DNA of 64,000 nt from Octopus vulgaris (taxonomy: Eukaryota), in assembly GCA_951406725.2 (NCBI GenBank), contig OX597832.1:8680001-8744000 (forward strand), written 5' to 3'. Position numbers and translations under genes: made by a program. Shown here in pieces: positions 27,968-42,826 of this stretch; position 1 is the stretch's first letter; every line of letters starts with the position of its first letter. Below the pieces are notes generated by a model. It did no database searches and had not been told where the DNA came from. It was given only the letters and a program-made list of their open reading frames with translations.

Positions 27968-28247
27968 TAATCAATTAATAAGGGTGAGAAAATTGGATAC
28001 TAATTTAATAGTACATCCATTTAACACCAAGTGGCTTAGTGCATAAAAACCAGGAATACAATAAATTTTATACGCAAATATAAGAGAGTAACCACTATGT
28101 GGTCGACTCTAGCACTAAAAATAGATCCGCTAGGTTTCAGCCACGAAGAATTGTTTCCGATGAAAGTTAGCACGACTAGAAACCTAGCGGATCTATTTTA
28201 GTGCTAGAGTCGACCACATCGTGGTTACTCTCTTATATTTACGTATA
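27968..28247. mobile_element. Fold-back insertion with tail in (TA)n
   Basis: Tail 27968-28068, arms 28069-28138 and 28179-28247, 40-nt spacer, (TA)n on both sides. Confidence 0.78.
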
Positions 28248-28249
28248 TA

Positions 28250-28323
<74 letters not shown>

Positions 28324-28378
28324 ATATACATATATACAGACGTGTATTAATACATAGTTAAAGGAATAGAAATTAAAG

Positions 28379-28429
<51 letters not shown>

Positions 28430-30579
28430 AACTGAAATTATCAATAGTGAAACTATTAAATCTGAAAGTATTATCTCTCATTGCAATAGACATGTTATTG
28501 TTTCACTTCTGACACGTATTACCGAAATATCGTAAGGGAGAAGAGATCGCTCCATGCTAGCATCAGGGAAGAAGTTGAAAATGCATTTAACCCATGACAC
28601 TGCATGTACCCTATGGAAGGCATGTTTAAAATTAGAATGAAATCGGTTGGTTAGTGCTCGAGCTTTAGTGATGCACGCATACATACATTCATACAGAAAA
28701 ATAGACGGAAACATATTTTCAGTTTTATGTATATAGACACCTACATATGTACATACTCAATCACAATCACACATACACACATATTTGTGTGTACCTGTGT
28801 TAGTAGCTAAACACCAAACCCTTAGACATAAGTCGATAGGAAAGTATTTTGTAGAATATATACGTCTCATATGAGTAGTTAAATTCGTTATGAGAAATAT
28901 TTCTTATTGATCCCAGTAACTTTTACCGGGATAAAGACATTGAAACTGTGAAGGGCCAAAATAAAGAGATTTGGAGATATCCTCAAAAAAATTAAGTTTT
29001 GAAATTGCCACTGTGAACACCCATAATATATTTTATCTTTAATACACATTACTCGTAAATTCCCTCAATAAAAACCATATAGATGATTTCCTGTAGATAC
29101 ATCCTACAGGGAAATTGCTAAAAGGATAGCCTCAAAGTAATCAAATGTTATATATTACCATTAAAAAAATATTCCCATAAAAATGTCCATGTTATGTTGC
29201 AATAGAACATTTTTTTTTTAAATGAAAGCCTTGCAACATTAAATTAAACGTACAAGGATGTCGATTTATAAATTCCATGAAATATTTCTTCAAAAATTTT
29301 ACATGAACATAAACGTGTATCTGTATCATCTTTCCGAAAATACGTCAATATTCTTTTCTCTAAAACTTAGAAATATAACCTCCACTGAATATCATAAACT
29401 TTTCTGCTCATAAGGGTTTCCAAAGGTAGGTACAGCGTCATTGATATTTTAGAGAATTTGTAAGTCGATTTCAGAAATTGACTGTTGTTTTATCGACGAC
29501 CAAACAATGAAGAGCAATGTCGATGTCGGGGGAATTTGAGCAAAGGACACCAAAAAGGATGAAATGTCGCTAAGTCTTATGTCAGGCGTACACAATTTCT
29601 CACAGGTCGACGACTTTACATTCTTAACCTAATAAAAAGTACAAATAACTATGCGACCAACAGCATGAAATAACCGAAATATACCTAAATATATTTGCTT
29701 TTTAACCGTCAGTTAGTTATTGCAAAGAAATATTTAGGTGAAGACTTAAGTATTTTGTGAAAATGTTGGCACCAATCGACAAAAGCGATGTACCATACAT
29801 AGGATTTTCTGTGAATTCTTGCTTCAGTGGATACAATTGCCCAGCGCGTTTTCTTTTTGAAGAAAAAGATATCTGCGGCCATTTTCACACGTGGCGATTG
29901 ATGAACTATGCGACTGTACAAGAGATTTCAGTTTCATGCAGTCTGTGAGCTAATGGGCAGAAAAAATATTTGATCACTATAAATAAATATTACAACTTCT
30001 TCTGCATATGTATTTGGTCGCCCAATTCTTCTACAATTGCATTGATATATTTATAACCATACAACTTATCAAATTATTTTAATATAGCAAAATATAATGG
30101 CTCGGATTCAGCAGGGAATCTTATGGATTACTGTGTCCCAAAACACAATGCACACCTTGAAATACGGAGTAGTTTGTTTAAGATATCAGGGTGTATCAGT
30201 TGATTTACCTAATCGGTAATCCTATTTCACCTAAAGCAGAAAATTATAAATACCTTTTATACAATTTGCTTTTGTTTGTATCGTTACATAAAAATCTGGA
30301 TACATTAATTCTTATATTTTATGTATGATATTTTTTTCAATATTCATTTAATATTTGCATAAACTGAGTATTCATTTGAATGTGTGTATTGAATTTTATG
30401 TATTAAGGTAAATATGTTTCGTTATATGTGTCACCTATCAACATGTCTCCCTGCATCTCTCTCTCTCTCTTTCTCTCTGTACGTACACATACTCATATTC
30501 TATATGCTACGTATAGTCACATATATGCACGCATAGATGCACCCTCAGACACACATATATATGTAAATCAATATAAATG

Positions 30580-30640
<61 letters not shown>

Positions 30641-31183
30641 GCGCGTGTGTGTGTGTGTGCGTATTATTTACTTACTTTGTTCTACAGCAATGATGTTAGT
30701 GTCATTGGTAACTAAAAGGCTTTTAAAATAAATATTCTATTCATATAGTAGCATATATCGTTTTCTTTTTTATAATATAAAGGAAAGTGTACTGTCATAC
30801 CCACAGCAGTTGTTAAATTGTCTGTATAAGTCATGTGTAATTCTTTTACATAAACTTCAATAAGTACGTTTCAGATTACATTATTGCAACATGTGTGAGT
30901 GCAATAGCATTTAATGGAATCTTATTAAACATTTTTACTATTATAAAGGAGGTGTGATTACTTATCTATATATTAGTGAAACTTTTGATGTTAAATAATC
31001 CTGTTATATACGTAATGTGCTTCAAAAACACATAATGCTTTTACCGAAAACAGATATTATATACAGATAAAATAGACACAGAAGTATATATATGCAAACA
31101 TATGCATGGACATGTATCTATCTATAGATATAGATATATTCATATATACATACAATCATACAAACATACACGCATACATACTG

Positions 31184-31263
<80 letters not shown>

Positions 31264-31457
31264 TAAATGAAACGAATTGTTTACATAATATATGTAAATT
31301 TTAATGCTATAATCTTTTATATAGATTTTAGACTATGCAATTTTTTGCATATTCTAACAGCCATAAAATATTGTACTATGACTCAAATCATAAATTGGTT
31401 TTATATACGATATATAAGCAGATATAAAAGTTAGCAATTCTACTACATCAATATTTG

Positions 31458-31600
<143 letters not shown>

Positions 31601-31718
31601 ATGTTTGTGTGTGTGTGTGTGTGAGTGTGTGTGAGTGTGTGAGTGTGTGTGAGTATGTGACAGAGGGAGAGTAATATATATATATATACTTTATTTTAGA
31701 GCAGTACAAATATAACAG

Positions 31719-31765
31719 AAACTGACGCTCAGAGTTTCACGTTTCCGTTCGTCGGATAGTTTTGT
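31719..31765 (-). ncRNA. Hammerhead-like motif, CCGACGA (U4C) core family
   Basis: Minus strand reads aaaactat-CCGACGA-acg(gaaa)cgt-GAAA-ctctgag-cgtcagtt; homologous copies at 32945 and 46219. Confidence 0.5.
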
Positions 31766-31823
31766 TAGAATCTCTCTCTCTATATATATATTGAGAAAAA
31801 CGAAGCAACCAGAATTTGGGATA

Positions 31824-31872
31824 ATTCCTTTCTACAGCTTTCGTTGGTGTTTTGAACTCGTCAAGACAAAAT
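31824..31872 (-). ncRNA. Degenerate hammerhead-like motif
   Basis: Minus strand reads tttgtc-TTGACGA-gtt(caaaacacc)aac-GAAA-gctg-TA-gaaagg. Confidence 0.42.
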
Positions 31873-32560
31873 GAATATCAAAATAGTAAAAACAGAGCAT
31901 TTCGCTGTTTCGTTATATGACTCGTATGTTTTTCGGAAAATATTGTTTTTGTTTTTTGGGGAGAAAGAGGAGAGAGACAGAAAAGCATAGAGGGGAAGGG
32001 GTAGACAGAAAGATGGGTGCCAGGAGAATCAAGAAGGAGGGGGAAATAATAAAGGATGGGAAAATGATAGATAGATAGATAAAGAGGCAAAGAAGCTGGT
32101 AGATAGATAGAAGGAGAGTCGTTTCTTTTCAATTTGATGTGGTCATTTAAATTTCAGTACAAAGCATTTTTCTGTTCTCTTTCTCCTTCCACTTTCCTTT
32201 CCATTGTATACGTATTTGTGTACATATTTGTAGATAGTCATTTTATTAACATCATTGACGTTTCAATGATGTTAATTTTAGGAAGTAGGATGGAAGAAAT
32301 AAGAAACGTGAGGTGGGTAAGTCATCACTGAAAATTAAAATAAAAGAGTCGAAAGTTGAAAATCCTATGAAAATGTATTCATTTTGACTTACTTTATTTT
32401 AACAAGTTCGAAAAATGAACGAAAGCGCTATTAAAGAATTAATCGAAATTCTGACTGCACCCTTTTTCTCAAAATATAGTCTCTGTACAACACTTTAAAC
32501 ATTCAATAATATATATATGTTTTATACATATATATATATATATATGCATATATGTATATA

Positions 32561-32608
<48 letters not shown>

Positions 32609-32944
32609 TATATACATACACATATGTACACACCTACATATATATGTATATATAATGCATATATGGGTACAGGACGTGAAAAAACATGGACAAAATGAAA
32701 GACGAGGGCGTAAAAAAACAAAAACATGGAAAACGAACTTTTTTTTCGAACAACGAATGAAACATAAAGAAAGGAGACAGGCAACACAAAGAACAATCTC
32801 TTCATCAGTTGCCCCTGTTTCATCTACTCCGCGTTTCGACGGGTGAGTACATACGTGTAAAATAGGGTAGGAAAATCAGGACACGAATACGAAATATAGA
32901 GTAATATACATTTTGAAAAAGCTGGAAAATTATCTTTTACTATT

Positions 32945-32981
32945 ATTCAGAGTTTCACGTTCCAGTTCGTCGGGCAGTTGT
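32945..32981 (-). ncRNA. Degenerate CCGACGA-core hammerhead-like motif
   Basis: Minus strand reads caactgc-CCGACGA-actggaacgt-GAAA-ctctgaata. Confidence 0.4.
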
Positions 32982-35371
32982 CATGATGCATACACATACA
33001 CACACTCAAATATACACACACACGCACGCACACACACACACACAGACACAAACACTCACAAACACACATATATATATATGTATGTATCAATCGTGTCATA
33101 AACTCATATTATGTATTTAATAACTGCACATGCAATTCTACCTTCTATTTTCCAAAGTTTGATGAACATGCGGAATTATCCTGCTGAATAGGTGTTATAT
33201 CATTATTATATCAATATAAATTAATATAATAATGATATAACTGGATGATGGAAACTACCATGGTCTAAAATAAAATCACAACACTTGTTTCTGCACTTGA
33301 CTCTAACTTGAAGCCGCTGAGTTATAAATCATTACATAAAATTATTCTTTAGAATTACTATATAATTAAATGTTTCATAGCAAAAGCTGTTTGTGTGTGT
33401 GTTTGCTGAGGTGGGTGTGATCGGATTGTTTTATAATTTTCGGTTTGTTGCTCAACATACCTTTCTAACTGTTACGTGGTTGCAAAAGCATTCTGTTTTT
33501 GGTTCGTATCCCTGCCTACATAACATAGATAATATCTGTATCACTATTTATATAGATATTACCTTTTATTGTTAGTACCTCACTGATGTAGATCCCGGAT
33601 GTCTCCGTTCGTTGACCAACAATACATCCTAAATGTTTGTTGCAGCACACGGCGGTGCGAAATCATTATGGAATATAGTTTTGTTGAATACTAAATACTC
33701 TTCCATGCTATTTGTAGCCTTCTTTAATGTCGGTAAGTGGAGATATAATAGCCTTAGTATTCATATTCTGGCATGTTTCTGTTATGATCAAACTACATTT
33801 CTACTAGCAGTGATAACGTTGACGCCAATTTAAAATGGTTCTTTGTTTCGTAAACATCACTAGATTGCAGTTTAATCTCATTTCCCAAAAAGTGTGTATC
33901 GTAGGAACTTTTCACTCTTCAGAAGATTCTTTCATGTTGCCTTTTCCTAAGCTGACGTAGTTTAGCTAACGGCTGAAATATGTATGTAGCCTAATCCTGA
34001 TAGTGCCTAAAGTACTAGCTCAATTATCGATTGTTCTGTATCATTTTCGTTATAGAGTCGATTATATTAGTTGATAACTTGGCAAGCCACATTGACTCTA
34101 TTAGCCATATATTAGAATCAGTATGAAACCCATTCTTGTATTGTAGCCTTACAATCAGCATGTATTACAGCAAAAGGTTTCTTCCCGAAAACAACATTGT
34201 TGATGAGGAGCTGTTCGGTAGAGTCCTTTCTCTTTCCCACTTATCAATCAACCTATGTGGTTCACAGTGATCCAAAATTAATGCAGTCAATAATTCCGTA
34301 GAATTTCACATATTGAAAAATTGGGCTTGTAATTTGATCCCCCATGTATCACTATGCATGTACATCTGCTGTACATGCATATATCTACCAGCCGGCCAAA
34401 TCAAACTCAGTGTTCATTGTTCTTACAAGAGTTGCTCTCTAAACCGCTCTGTGTTCAATAAAATATTTTGAAGCCTGTTTCAGGTAAGTTTTCATTCGGT
34501 AGTTTTGCAACAATCATCAGGAGAGCTTCATTGTTAATATCATATATTTTTAGAGAAATAATTGCAGATTACTCGTTCCGCAGCTCAGCTAAATATATCG
34601 CATCATTTTCGTGCTACTTGTTTACGTTACTGACTGATGCCGATAATAATTCTAATGATTATAAATCATTGCTGAGAGAGAATTTTTAAAACCTCAATGG
34701 CATGACCCTGCATGTACTGATACACTGGTTATGAGCTTAGTGCAAACATGAGATTAAGTTCATTATGTTCTACTATATTTTTACAATAACTAATTCTTTC
34801 TTTTTACTGGCCACACACAGTTCATGTTTAAGAACATTTATTGTCTTTTGTTGTGAGTACATACATACGACAGATAATCTATTATAAAATCACAGCTAGT
34901 GATATGGGAAATTAGTATTCACTTTAGTGAATCATAATATATAATTGTTCAAGATCGTTTTTAGTCTCCATGTAAGCATGTATATTGATGTATATAACCT
35001 TAACATTTTCAAGAGGAATAAAAACAGTTTTCAACAAAGTCATATTCTATGAAATTTTTACACATCTTCGTAAATACAATGCTTCTTTGAAGTTAGATTG
35101 AAAGCAAAATTTCTTTCAACATTAGGTTACAATAATCATGCAAATATTTATAAAATAAATTTCAAAAATCCGCAGAGAATAATGTGCACACGCAAAAAGA
35201 AAATAATATATAATTACTTTCAGAAGCACACACCCATGCATACATAAGTACATACATACATACATACACATATAGAGAGAGATATCCGTGTACGTGCATG
35301 CTTTTATACATGCATGAATGCACATATATATGTATGCATTAATACACACATACACGGATGCACATACAGAG

Positions 35372-35419
<48 letters not shown>

Positions 35420-37687
35420 TATACAAATATGTGTGTTTGCATAAATTGTGGTACATACACGTTTTAGAGAAGGGACAGAAACAGTAATATGGAGGTAAAG
35501 ATATATAAAATGTTTCCATCATTTTGCTAAAATAAAGTTCCGTTAAGCATCTGAAAGCTATTTATACGATTAATATTATATATATATTTCAAAGTATTAA
35601 CTTTTTCCACAGATCATTTATAAAACTAAACTATAGGATAAAATAAAACATTAAAATGATATTTCTAAAATATTTCTTTCACATTTGATTTATAATGATA
35701 CTGGTAGGTAGCTACTTCCATTGCATATACGAAAGCCTTGGTGGAAATTACTTACTTAGTATTTTTTTTCTTTTTTCTGCGGAGATTGAAAAAGACATTG
35801 ATCTTCACTTTGTCGTTCACATATTTATTGTGGATTAAATAAAGTCCTTCAATCATGAGCACATATATATATATCGACTGCACATATATATCAATCGACT
35901 GCATGAATTATTTGTGCAATGTATGTGGAGAATTCTACTGCAGCATAATTTATATCTTCAAACAACTGACTTTTAAAATAGTTGACAGAAACTCTGAGAA
36001 GACGTAATTAAAGTTTAAGAAGAAAAAACAGAATTAAAATATCAATGGCATTTGAAACCAATATCGATCCCTTGGATCATCTTTTTAACGTCATCTTTTG
36101 AATTCAACCCATATATTTCAGTGTTCTACCATTTCTACAATGAAGCATACTCTACGGAGTTTGTAAGAATTAAAAGTTTTCAAGATATAGAGAGACAAAG
36201 ATGTACTGTTTGAACGCAGGAGTTAAATAAAAATATATCATGAAGCAAATACTTTTATTTTTAACTTATAATATGTCGAGATAGAAAACTTTAAATACTA
36301 TATTTCGTTTTCCTTTCTCGGTTTTGGGGAATGCAGTACACATGTAGAAAGTGAACCTGTAACAAATAGCATTTGATATCCCTTAAGTAATACACCACTC
36401 TCAGAAGAATGTAAGATAAATCGGGAAATCCATTTCAAGATACTTTGTTTTCTACTATTATTTCTGTAATTCTTTATATCAAAATATGAAAGTAAACTTA
36501 GTGCTCTGAGAGCAAAACGAATCAAGTGACGCAGTTTTCAAGACTGCTTCGCTCAAAGGCGAATAGGAAAGAAATCTAATATTGATATTATACTGTTCTA
36601 ATGCAATCCTCTATGATTTCGTTCCAAGAAAGCTGTCCATTGTAGACGGGACACAGGGCAGAAAGATAACCTTCAGAGAAGAATCAGAATTCAAAAGAAA
36701 TAGTTTAATCCAGTATTTAACTTAAGCTATATCATGGGAATCTACTCAAGAATATTACAACTATCGAGGAGAATTTTATCTTTTGAGAGAGAGAGAGAGA
36801 GAGTGTGTGTGTGAGAGAGAGAGACAGACAGACAGAGAAACAGAAAGTTAGGGAGAGAGTAGGAGAGAGAATAAATTGGTAAATAGTAGCTTTAAAACAG
36901 ACGCATGTTAGGTTTATATGTGACTGCTATCTGATATAATTCTAATATTTCTACAGCCACCACTAGAGGACAATATTTAAACTTAAAGGTCTGAGTAAGG
37001 GAAAGAATGGTGGGTAGAACTAACACATGCAATGAACTGATATTTCGTTTCATAAATCCTCGATCATAAAATTTATCTGAATGTAATAATGTTTGTTCTG
37101 ATAGGCACACACACACATACACACATATATATTATTTGATAATCACAATATATATCTTTATAATTTACTATTATTTTCCTGTGGTTATCACAGTTGAGAC
37201 AGCATTCTTAATAGATCTGGTACCTTCAGGCAATCCTCAGGCTGTTCCCACATAGGTGGAGAAACCGGAAAATGAAAAAGAAATGAGAAAAGTGCAAGAG
37301 GGAAAGAATTAAAGTTACGTCCCCTTTGACTGTAATGTCAGAAGGTTGAAATGGTAGTGCCTTAGATTCTGTGGTACATCTGCCTCAATTCCGAGACATT
37401 ACTTTCCCATAAAATATTTTATAATAAATTTTGGGGTTAGTAAAGATCGATCTCACTGCTTTGAAATAGCTATGGGGTTCTCTAACTGAGCTAAAATGTC
37501 TAGTTTATATTTACCATATCCCTGATGTGATTGATGCATTTTTCCACATGATTCTTCTCCCGGGAGCTATTTTAATGCGTCTATCGAAACGTTGTCCTTT
37601 ATATGGAGATATAAATGGTTTAAATAATATCTTGAGCATTTGTCTGCATTTTCAATTATTCTGATATATATATATATATATATATAT

Positions 37688-38590
37688 ACAAAATGAGAAA
37701 ATGGAGAAATATACCTAACTCAATCATCAACCATCAGATAATACCCAATCAATGCTTTATTAAACCATCACACAACAGCAGTTATATTATACATAATATA
37801 GTACAAATATAACAAGACATAGAAATAGAAATAGAAAATACATTTATATATAATGATTGTTCACGAAAAAATTACCTTGAGGTATTAGGATCCAATGGGA
37901 TTAAGACCATGTGTTGTTTGGTTTAATTAAGGATGTTGGCAAAACAGGAAGTAGTAGTAATTGTGGTTCTTCAGTTCCTGTGTTGTGAATAAGGGGAGAC
38001 AACTCTTTTGAGTTCTTCAATTTGTGTTTCTCAAACTCCCCTGCAATAAAGGCTGCTAATAAACCCCAAGTTATAAAATTATCATTTTAGCTTCATTTGC
38101 ATTATCTTTTTTATATAATTGTTTGTTAACTTAACTTTCAGATTTTAACACTTTATTTATATTATTTTCTAATTATATGAATTTGCATAGACCAATTTAT
38201 AATTACATTTCAGATTGTTATATCATATATAATAAAAATGATAGTAATAACAACAATAGTAAAAATGATATTTAAAGAATATAAGTTTTAGCTTGAAGTG
38301 ATGTATGCATTGTATCCTTATATATTTGTGTTAGTCCATCCAGGAAGAATGAGGTAGAAAAAGGAAGTTTGATCAACGAGGAGTTTGCATATTAAGTTGT
38401 GTTTGGAATTTTTCAATAAAGAGATTCTCCTTGTTAATTCTCTCCTGTGTGGTGGTCCCGTCTTTACATTGGTAGAAGGGGAATATATAGAATTTGGGGT
38501 TTAAGTCTTTAGCGCATGAGTCTATGTGGTCACTCAGTGGAATTTGTCGGTATTCCGGGAGATTTATTTGTTCTTTATGCACCGCTACTC
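37688..38590 (-). mobile_element. Penelope-like element 3' fragment (GIY-YIG C-terminus plus 3' UTR) between (TA)n runs
   Basis: ORF 38373-38582 HKEQINLPEYRQIPLSDHIDSCAK..KFYIFPFYQ..ERINKENLFIEKFQTQLN has the H..H..R..E..I..LN pattern of PLE endonucleases. The terminus is shared with the 27214 arm. Confidence 0.8.
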
Positions 38591-38828
38591 GTTTACGTAA
38601 CGGGAGACATAATTATGTTGGCAACCAGCGCATCTGAGAACACAACCCCACCATTTATTGATCTATACATATATATATGTACATATACATATATATATGC
38701 AACAACAATTGAGAAACGGCTATAATAGGCCGTTCGACCCACTAGAAATGGCAGCCAGGCCTCCAACCGCAAATAGTAGTAATTCCGAAATCAGAGGGAA
38801 AATTATAAAAAACATTTACCCTGTTCTT

Positions 38829-38939
38829 CTTTAGACAATGCATTGTTTCGGCGTTTTTTAATGGTAAACCAGCCTGATTAAATTAAATTAAACTTAATCA
38901 AGTCAATCTTCCAAAAGGCCAACGCGCTAATCAGTAAAG
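38829..38939 (-). ncRNA. Type I hammerhead-like motif with long helix II and palindromic helix III; core mutated at position 8
   Basis: Minus strand reads cttta-CTGATTA-gcgcgtt...aacgcc-GAAA-caatgcattg-TC-taaag, inside a ~290-bp insert flanked by TA repeats (38700-38992). Confidence 0.6.
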
Positions 38940-38990
38940 GAGCCAGAAGGGACAGAAATTACACGAGGCAGCTACCTTCATGCCTCGGTA

Positions 38991-39029
<39 letters not shown>

Positions 39030-39069
39030 CAAACATATGTATATATACATATTATATATATGCATGCAT

Positions 39070-39117
<48 letters not shown>

Positions 39118-39589
39118 ATATATTTCTAGTTCTATGCTATGTTTTCTCTATAGTCTAGATTCCTGATTAGTCTGCCGGTGCCAATGGGGCAAAAGTTTTG
39201 CAATATTTCTATTTGGTAGAGCTACTCCCTATATACTCCTCTCAATACCTTTTGAAACGGTCGCCAGGGCTGCAAAAATATTTGATACTAACTTCACTTG
39301 TTTCGCTTTCCTTATCGGGCTATGTCGTATTTAATACGATTGTACAGTTCTTTTTTTTAACTCGTTCGTCAAATTGGTATGCAATTTTAAATATAGCACG
39401 TATGTTCTCTATATTGTTTTTAGTTAATATCTTATCTTGCCACTCTCAAAGCTTAAATTTTCACACAGTATCCAAGTTATACAGGATTTGGGCAACTCGA
39501 GAGCATTCATTTACTCTGTGGTTTCGTCAAATCTTTTACAATCTCTACATGACGAATAAACTTATTTATTTGTAACACTAACATTAAAC

Positions 39590-39830
39590 CTACAATACGC
39601 GACCAAAGCTTCGACTTGCGCTGCATGTATAGTGATTTCAGTTTCTATTTTGCACTCTTTCTTTAAGCAAATCCAATTATGTCCTCCCCCGACTTCTCTT
39701 GTGGCTATACGGAATTGATTGTATAGTCCCTTGTTGTGTAATGCTTCTTTATGTATTTCATGTAATTCTTCTTTTGTCCTTTTCTCTTTACCTGTATTCA
39801 GTATGCCCTCATCGATATCTGCTACTTGCA
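39590..39830 (-). pseudogene. R4/Dong-like LINE fragment
   Basis: LHNKGLYNQF...NWICLKK..KIETEITIHAAQVEAL matches the K.LHGQF...W.WL...K.ETE..I.AAQ.QAL motif. Confidence 0.65.
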
Positions 39831-39921
39831 AGGTTTCTCAGCTGGGATTAGATGTCTTTAGAAGTACCCATTATAATTGTTCTTGTTCTTGTGTTGTTCT
39901 TGTTGTTATCATTAAGACGAC

Positions 39922-40102
39922 TAGCTGAGAGAGTCGTTATAACGATGGAAGACATGCTTAGAGATATTTCGCCAGTCACTATGTTCTGAGTTCAAATTCA
40001 GCCTAGGTATACTTTGCCTTACATCCTTTCGGGGTCGATAAGTTAGGTAATTGACTAGTCCCCCTCCCCTCAAATTTGAGGGTTTGCGCCTTTAGTAGAA
40101 AG
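39922..40102 (+). mobile_element. SINE family B copy
   Basis: gttctgagttcaaattc...actttgccttacatcctttcggggtcgata. Confidence 0.75.
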
Positions 40103-40197
40103 TATTATTATTATCATCATCATCATTATTATTATTATTATTATTATTATTGTTATTATTATTATTATTATTATCATTATTATTATTATTATTATTG

Positions 40198-40960
40198 AGT
40201 GAGAGAGCATTTCATGCCATCAAAGTGACACTGGGGTAAAATATACGAAGCCCAATATACCCATCATGACTACCCGTCTGATAAGGGTACACCAGGCACA
40301 TGCATCGCAACCATATGTGCGCGACACGGTGATCTCATATCAAGATAAACAGCACATGACCTTGCAGGTGGGGCCCAGTTAGAATTTTCTTCAGGTTGAG
40401 TAGCCCATCCCGCTCAAACGGTCCCTGAATAAGGGTTGTTTAAGGATGTTGAAAGAACCAATCATCATTATCATCATTATTATTATTGAGTGAGAGAGCA
40501 GTGCGTGCCATCAAAGTGGCACTGGGGTAAAATACACGAAGCTCAGTATACCTATCATGACTACCTATCTGATAAGGGTACACTAGGCACATGCATCACA
40601 ACCATATGTGAGCGACATGGTGATCTCATATCAAAATAAACAGCGCATGATCTTTCAGGTGGGGTTCAGTTAGAATTTTCTTCTGGTTGAGTAACCCATC
40701 CCGCTCAAAAGGTCCCTAAATAAGGATTGTTTAAGGATGTTGAATGAAACACCCATGTTTACAGAGGTCAATTATTCAAACCCCAAAGAATCCCTCTCAA
40801 CACATGGTTATTATGGTGCCCCACTACTTCTGCTCGTGATCAGAGATGCACATATCGTCAGCCACTAAGGGACATGCTCAAATGATTATGGTCAAACAAC
40901 TGACGCGGAAATCTGTGGTATTGAGTAGAATATTTGTTGTAGCCCAACTTTTATACCAAA
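40198..40960. mobile_element. Two tandem copies of an interspersed element embedded in (ATT)n
   Basis: 40198-40460 and 40488-40750 align over about 260 bp (gagtgagagagca...aaggatgttgaa). The second copy extends to ~40960, and (ATT)n lies before, between and after the copies. Confidence 0.85.
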
Positions 40961-40978
40961 TTATTATTATTATTATTA

Positions 40979-41052
<74 letters not shown>

Positions 41053-41416
41053 CATATATAGGTGCATGCTTCTGTGTTTCATTCAAATAGTAGTCCACTA
41101 TATTTTGACATGTAAATGTAGAATTTAATCACAGACGTTTCGCGACCACTCTAGCTATGAAACTTCTACTTCTTAAGTAAGTGAATTTATTTTATTTCTA
41201 TCTAAACCATCTGTGTATAGATAAATATCAACACACAGACTCTCTCATAGACAAATACGAGGTTATGCACATTTATATATTCATACACACTCCTAAATAT
41301 ATGATGTGCGATATATTTATGTATCGGTATACACACACCCATACGTATATACATACATATATATGTATATACACAGAAACACACTCACTCACACACGCAC
41401 ACATACGCACCCCCCC

Positions 41417-41459
<43 letters not shown>

Positions 41460-41463
<4 letters not shown>

Positions 41464-41600
41464 CACGAGCTTCTTTCAGTTTCCGTCTAACAAATTCACT
41501 CACACGGCTTTGGTCGGACCGAGCCCATAGTAGAAATCATTTGTTCAAGGTCTGAAACTGGAACCTTGTGATTGGGAAGAAAGCTCCTTACCACAGGGCC
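41460..41600 (-). mobile_element. SINE family A 5' half
   Basis: gcttctttcagtttccgtctaacaaattcactcac. Confidence 0.75.
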
Positions 41601-41671
41601 GCGTTTGTGTGTTTGTGCATGTCTATACACACACACATACACACATACACATATATACATAATGTATATGT

Positions 41672-41728
<57 letters not shown>

Positions 41729-41797
41729 TGTACATACATATATATATACGTATATATTTGCAAATACCTAGATGTATACATGTACATATATATATAG

Positions 41798-41840
<43 letters not shown>

Positions 41841-42625
41841 CATATACATACACACACATACACACATAAGCACACACATATAGATTGATAGACAGATAGA
41901 TACAGACTAATTCATAAATAGATAGATAGTTAGATATACGTGTGTGTGCCCAAACATGTAAGCTTACATGTGCGTTAGCATGTCGATATACCTATGTTTC
42001 TGATTATACATACGAAGTTATGTTTGTGTGTATAGACATGTCCATCAGTATGATTGTACGTTTGTTTAACTATGATTTATACATTTAATACACCGTTAAT
42101 AAGACAGACAAATTCCTTTCAAGCACATTTGTGAAATTAATAATAGTGTATAACCTTATGTTTGAAATAGGATTCATCAGAGAACAACAATTCAAAGTTC
42201 ATCGATGCATATATTTAAATAATTCCTTGCATAAAACATTTCCACTTGATAGCGTAGTTGCTGGACTATGAGACCACGCCGGTGATTTAAGTGCAAAGCC
42301 AATCTGTGTAAAATGTAGGTTATATATAAGAAAAGTCCAGTTTACAGATACGAGAATGCCATTTAAATAACAACAGCAGTTTTAAACGTAGGCAACATAA
42401 TAAACGACCAATCTAGTAATGTTTTGTAATAAAATCTCCGTCTTTCACCGTGTCAAATATGAAATTATACCTCAAGTGATTAACTGCTATAAGATCAAGC
42501 AATACATATTCTCGTATTTAAAGACAAGAGATACGAGCAAGCGTAATATTTTATTTAAGGTTCTACATCGCTTCCTATCCTATATCTTTGGCAAGTTTAG
42601 GTGCGATTTCTCTCTCTTCCTCCAT

Positions 42626-42626
<1 letters not shown>

Positions 42627-42709
<83 letters not shown>

Positions 42710-42714
42710 TTATC
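42627..42714. repeat. (TATC)n microsatellite
   Basis: Read directly from the sequence. Confidence 0.95.
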
Positions 42715-42772
42715 CCTCTCCTTCTCTCTCTCTCTATCCATCTGTCTATATGTCTATCACCCTGTATATATG

Positions 42773-42826
<54 letters not shown>

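Noticed and set aside
28150-28196. CCGATGA...GAAA motif in a fold-back spacer
   Set aside because: No helix I and an irregular helix III; too weak to call.
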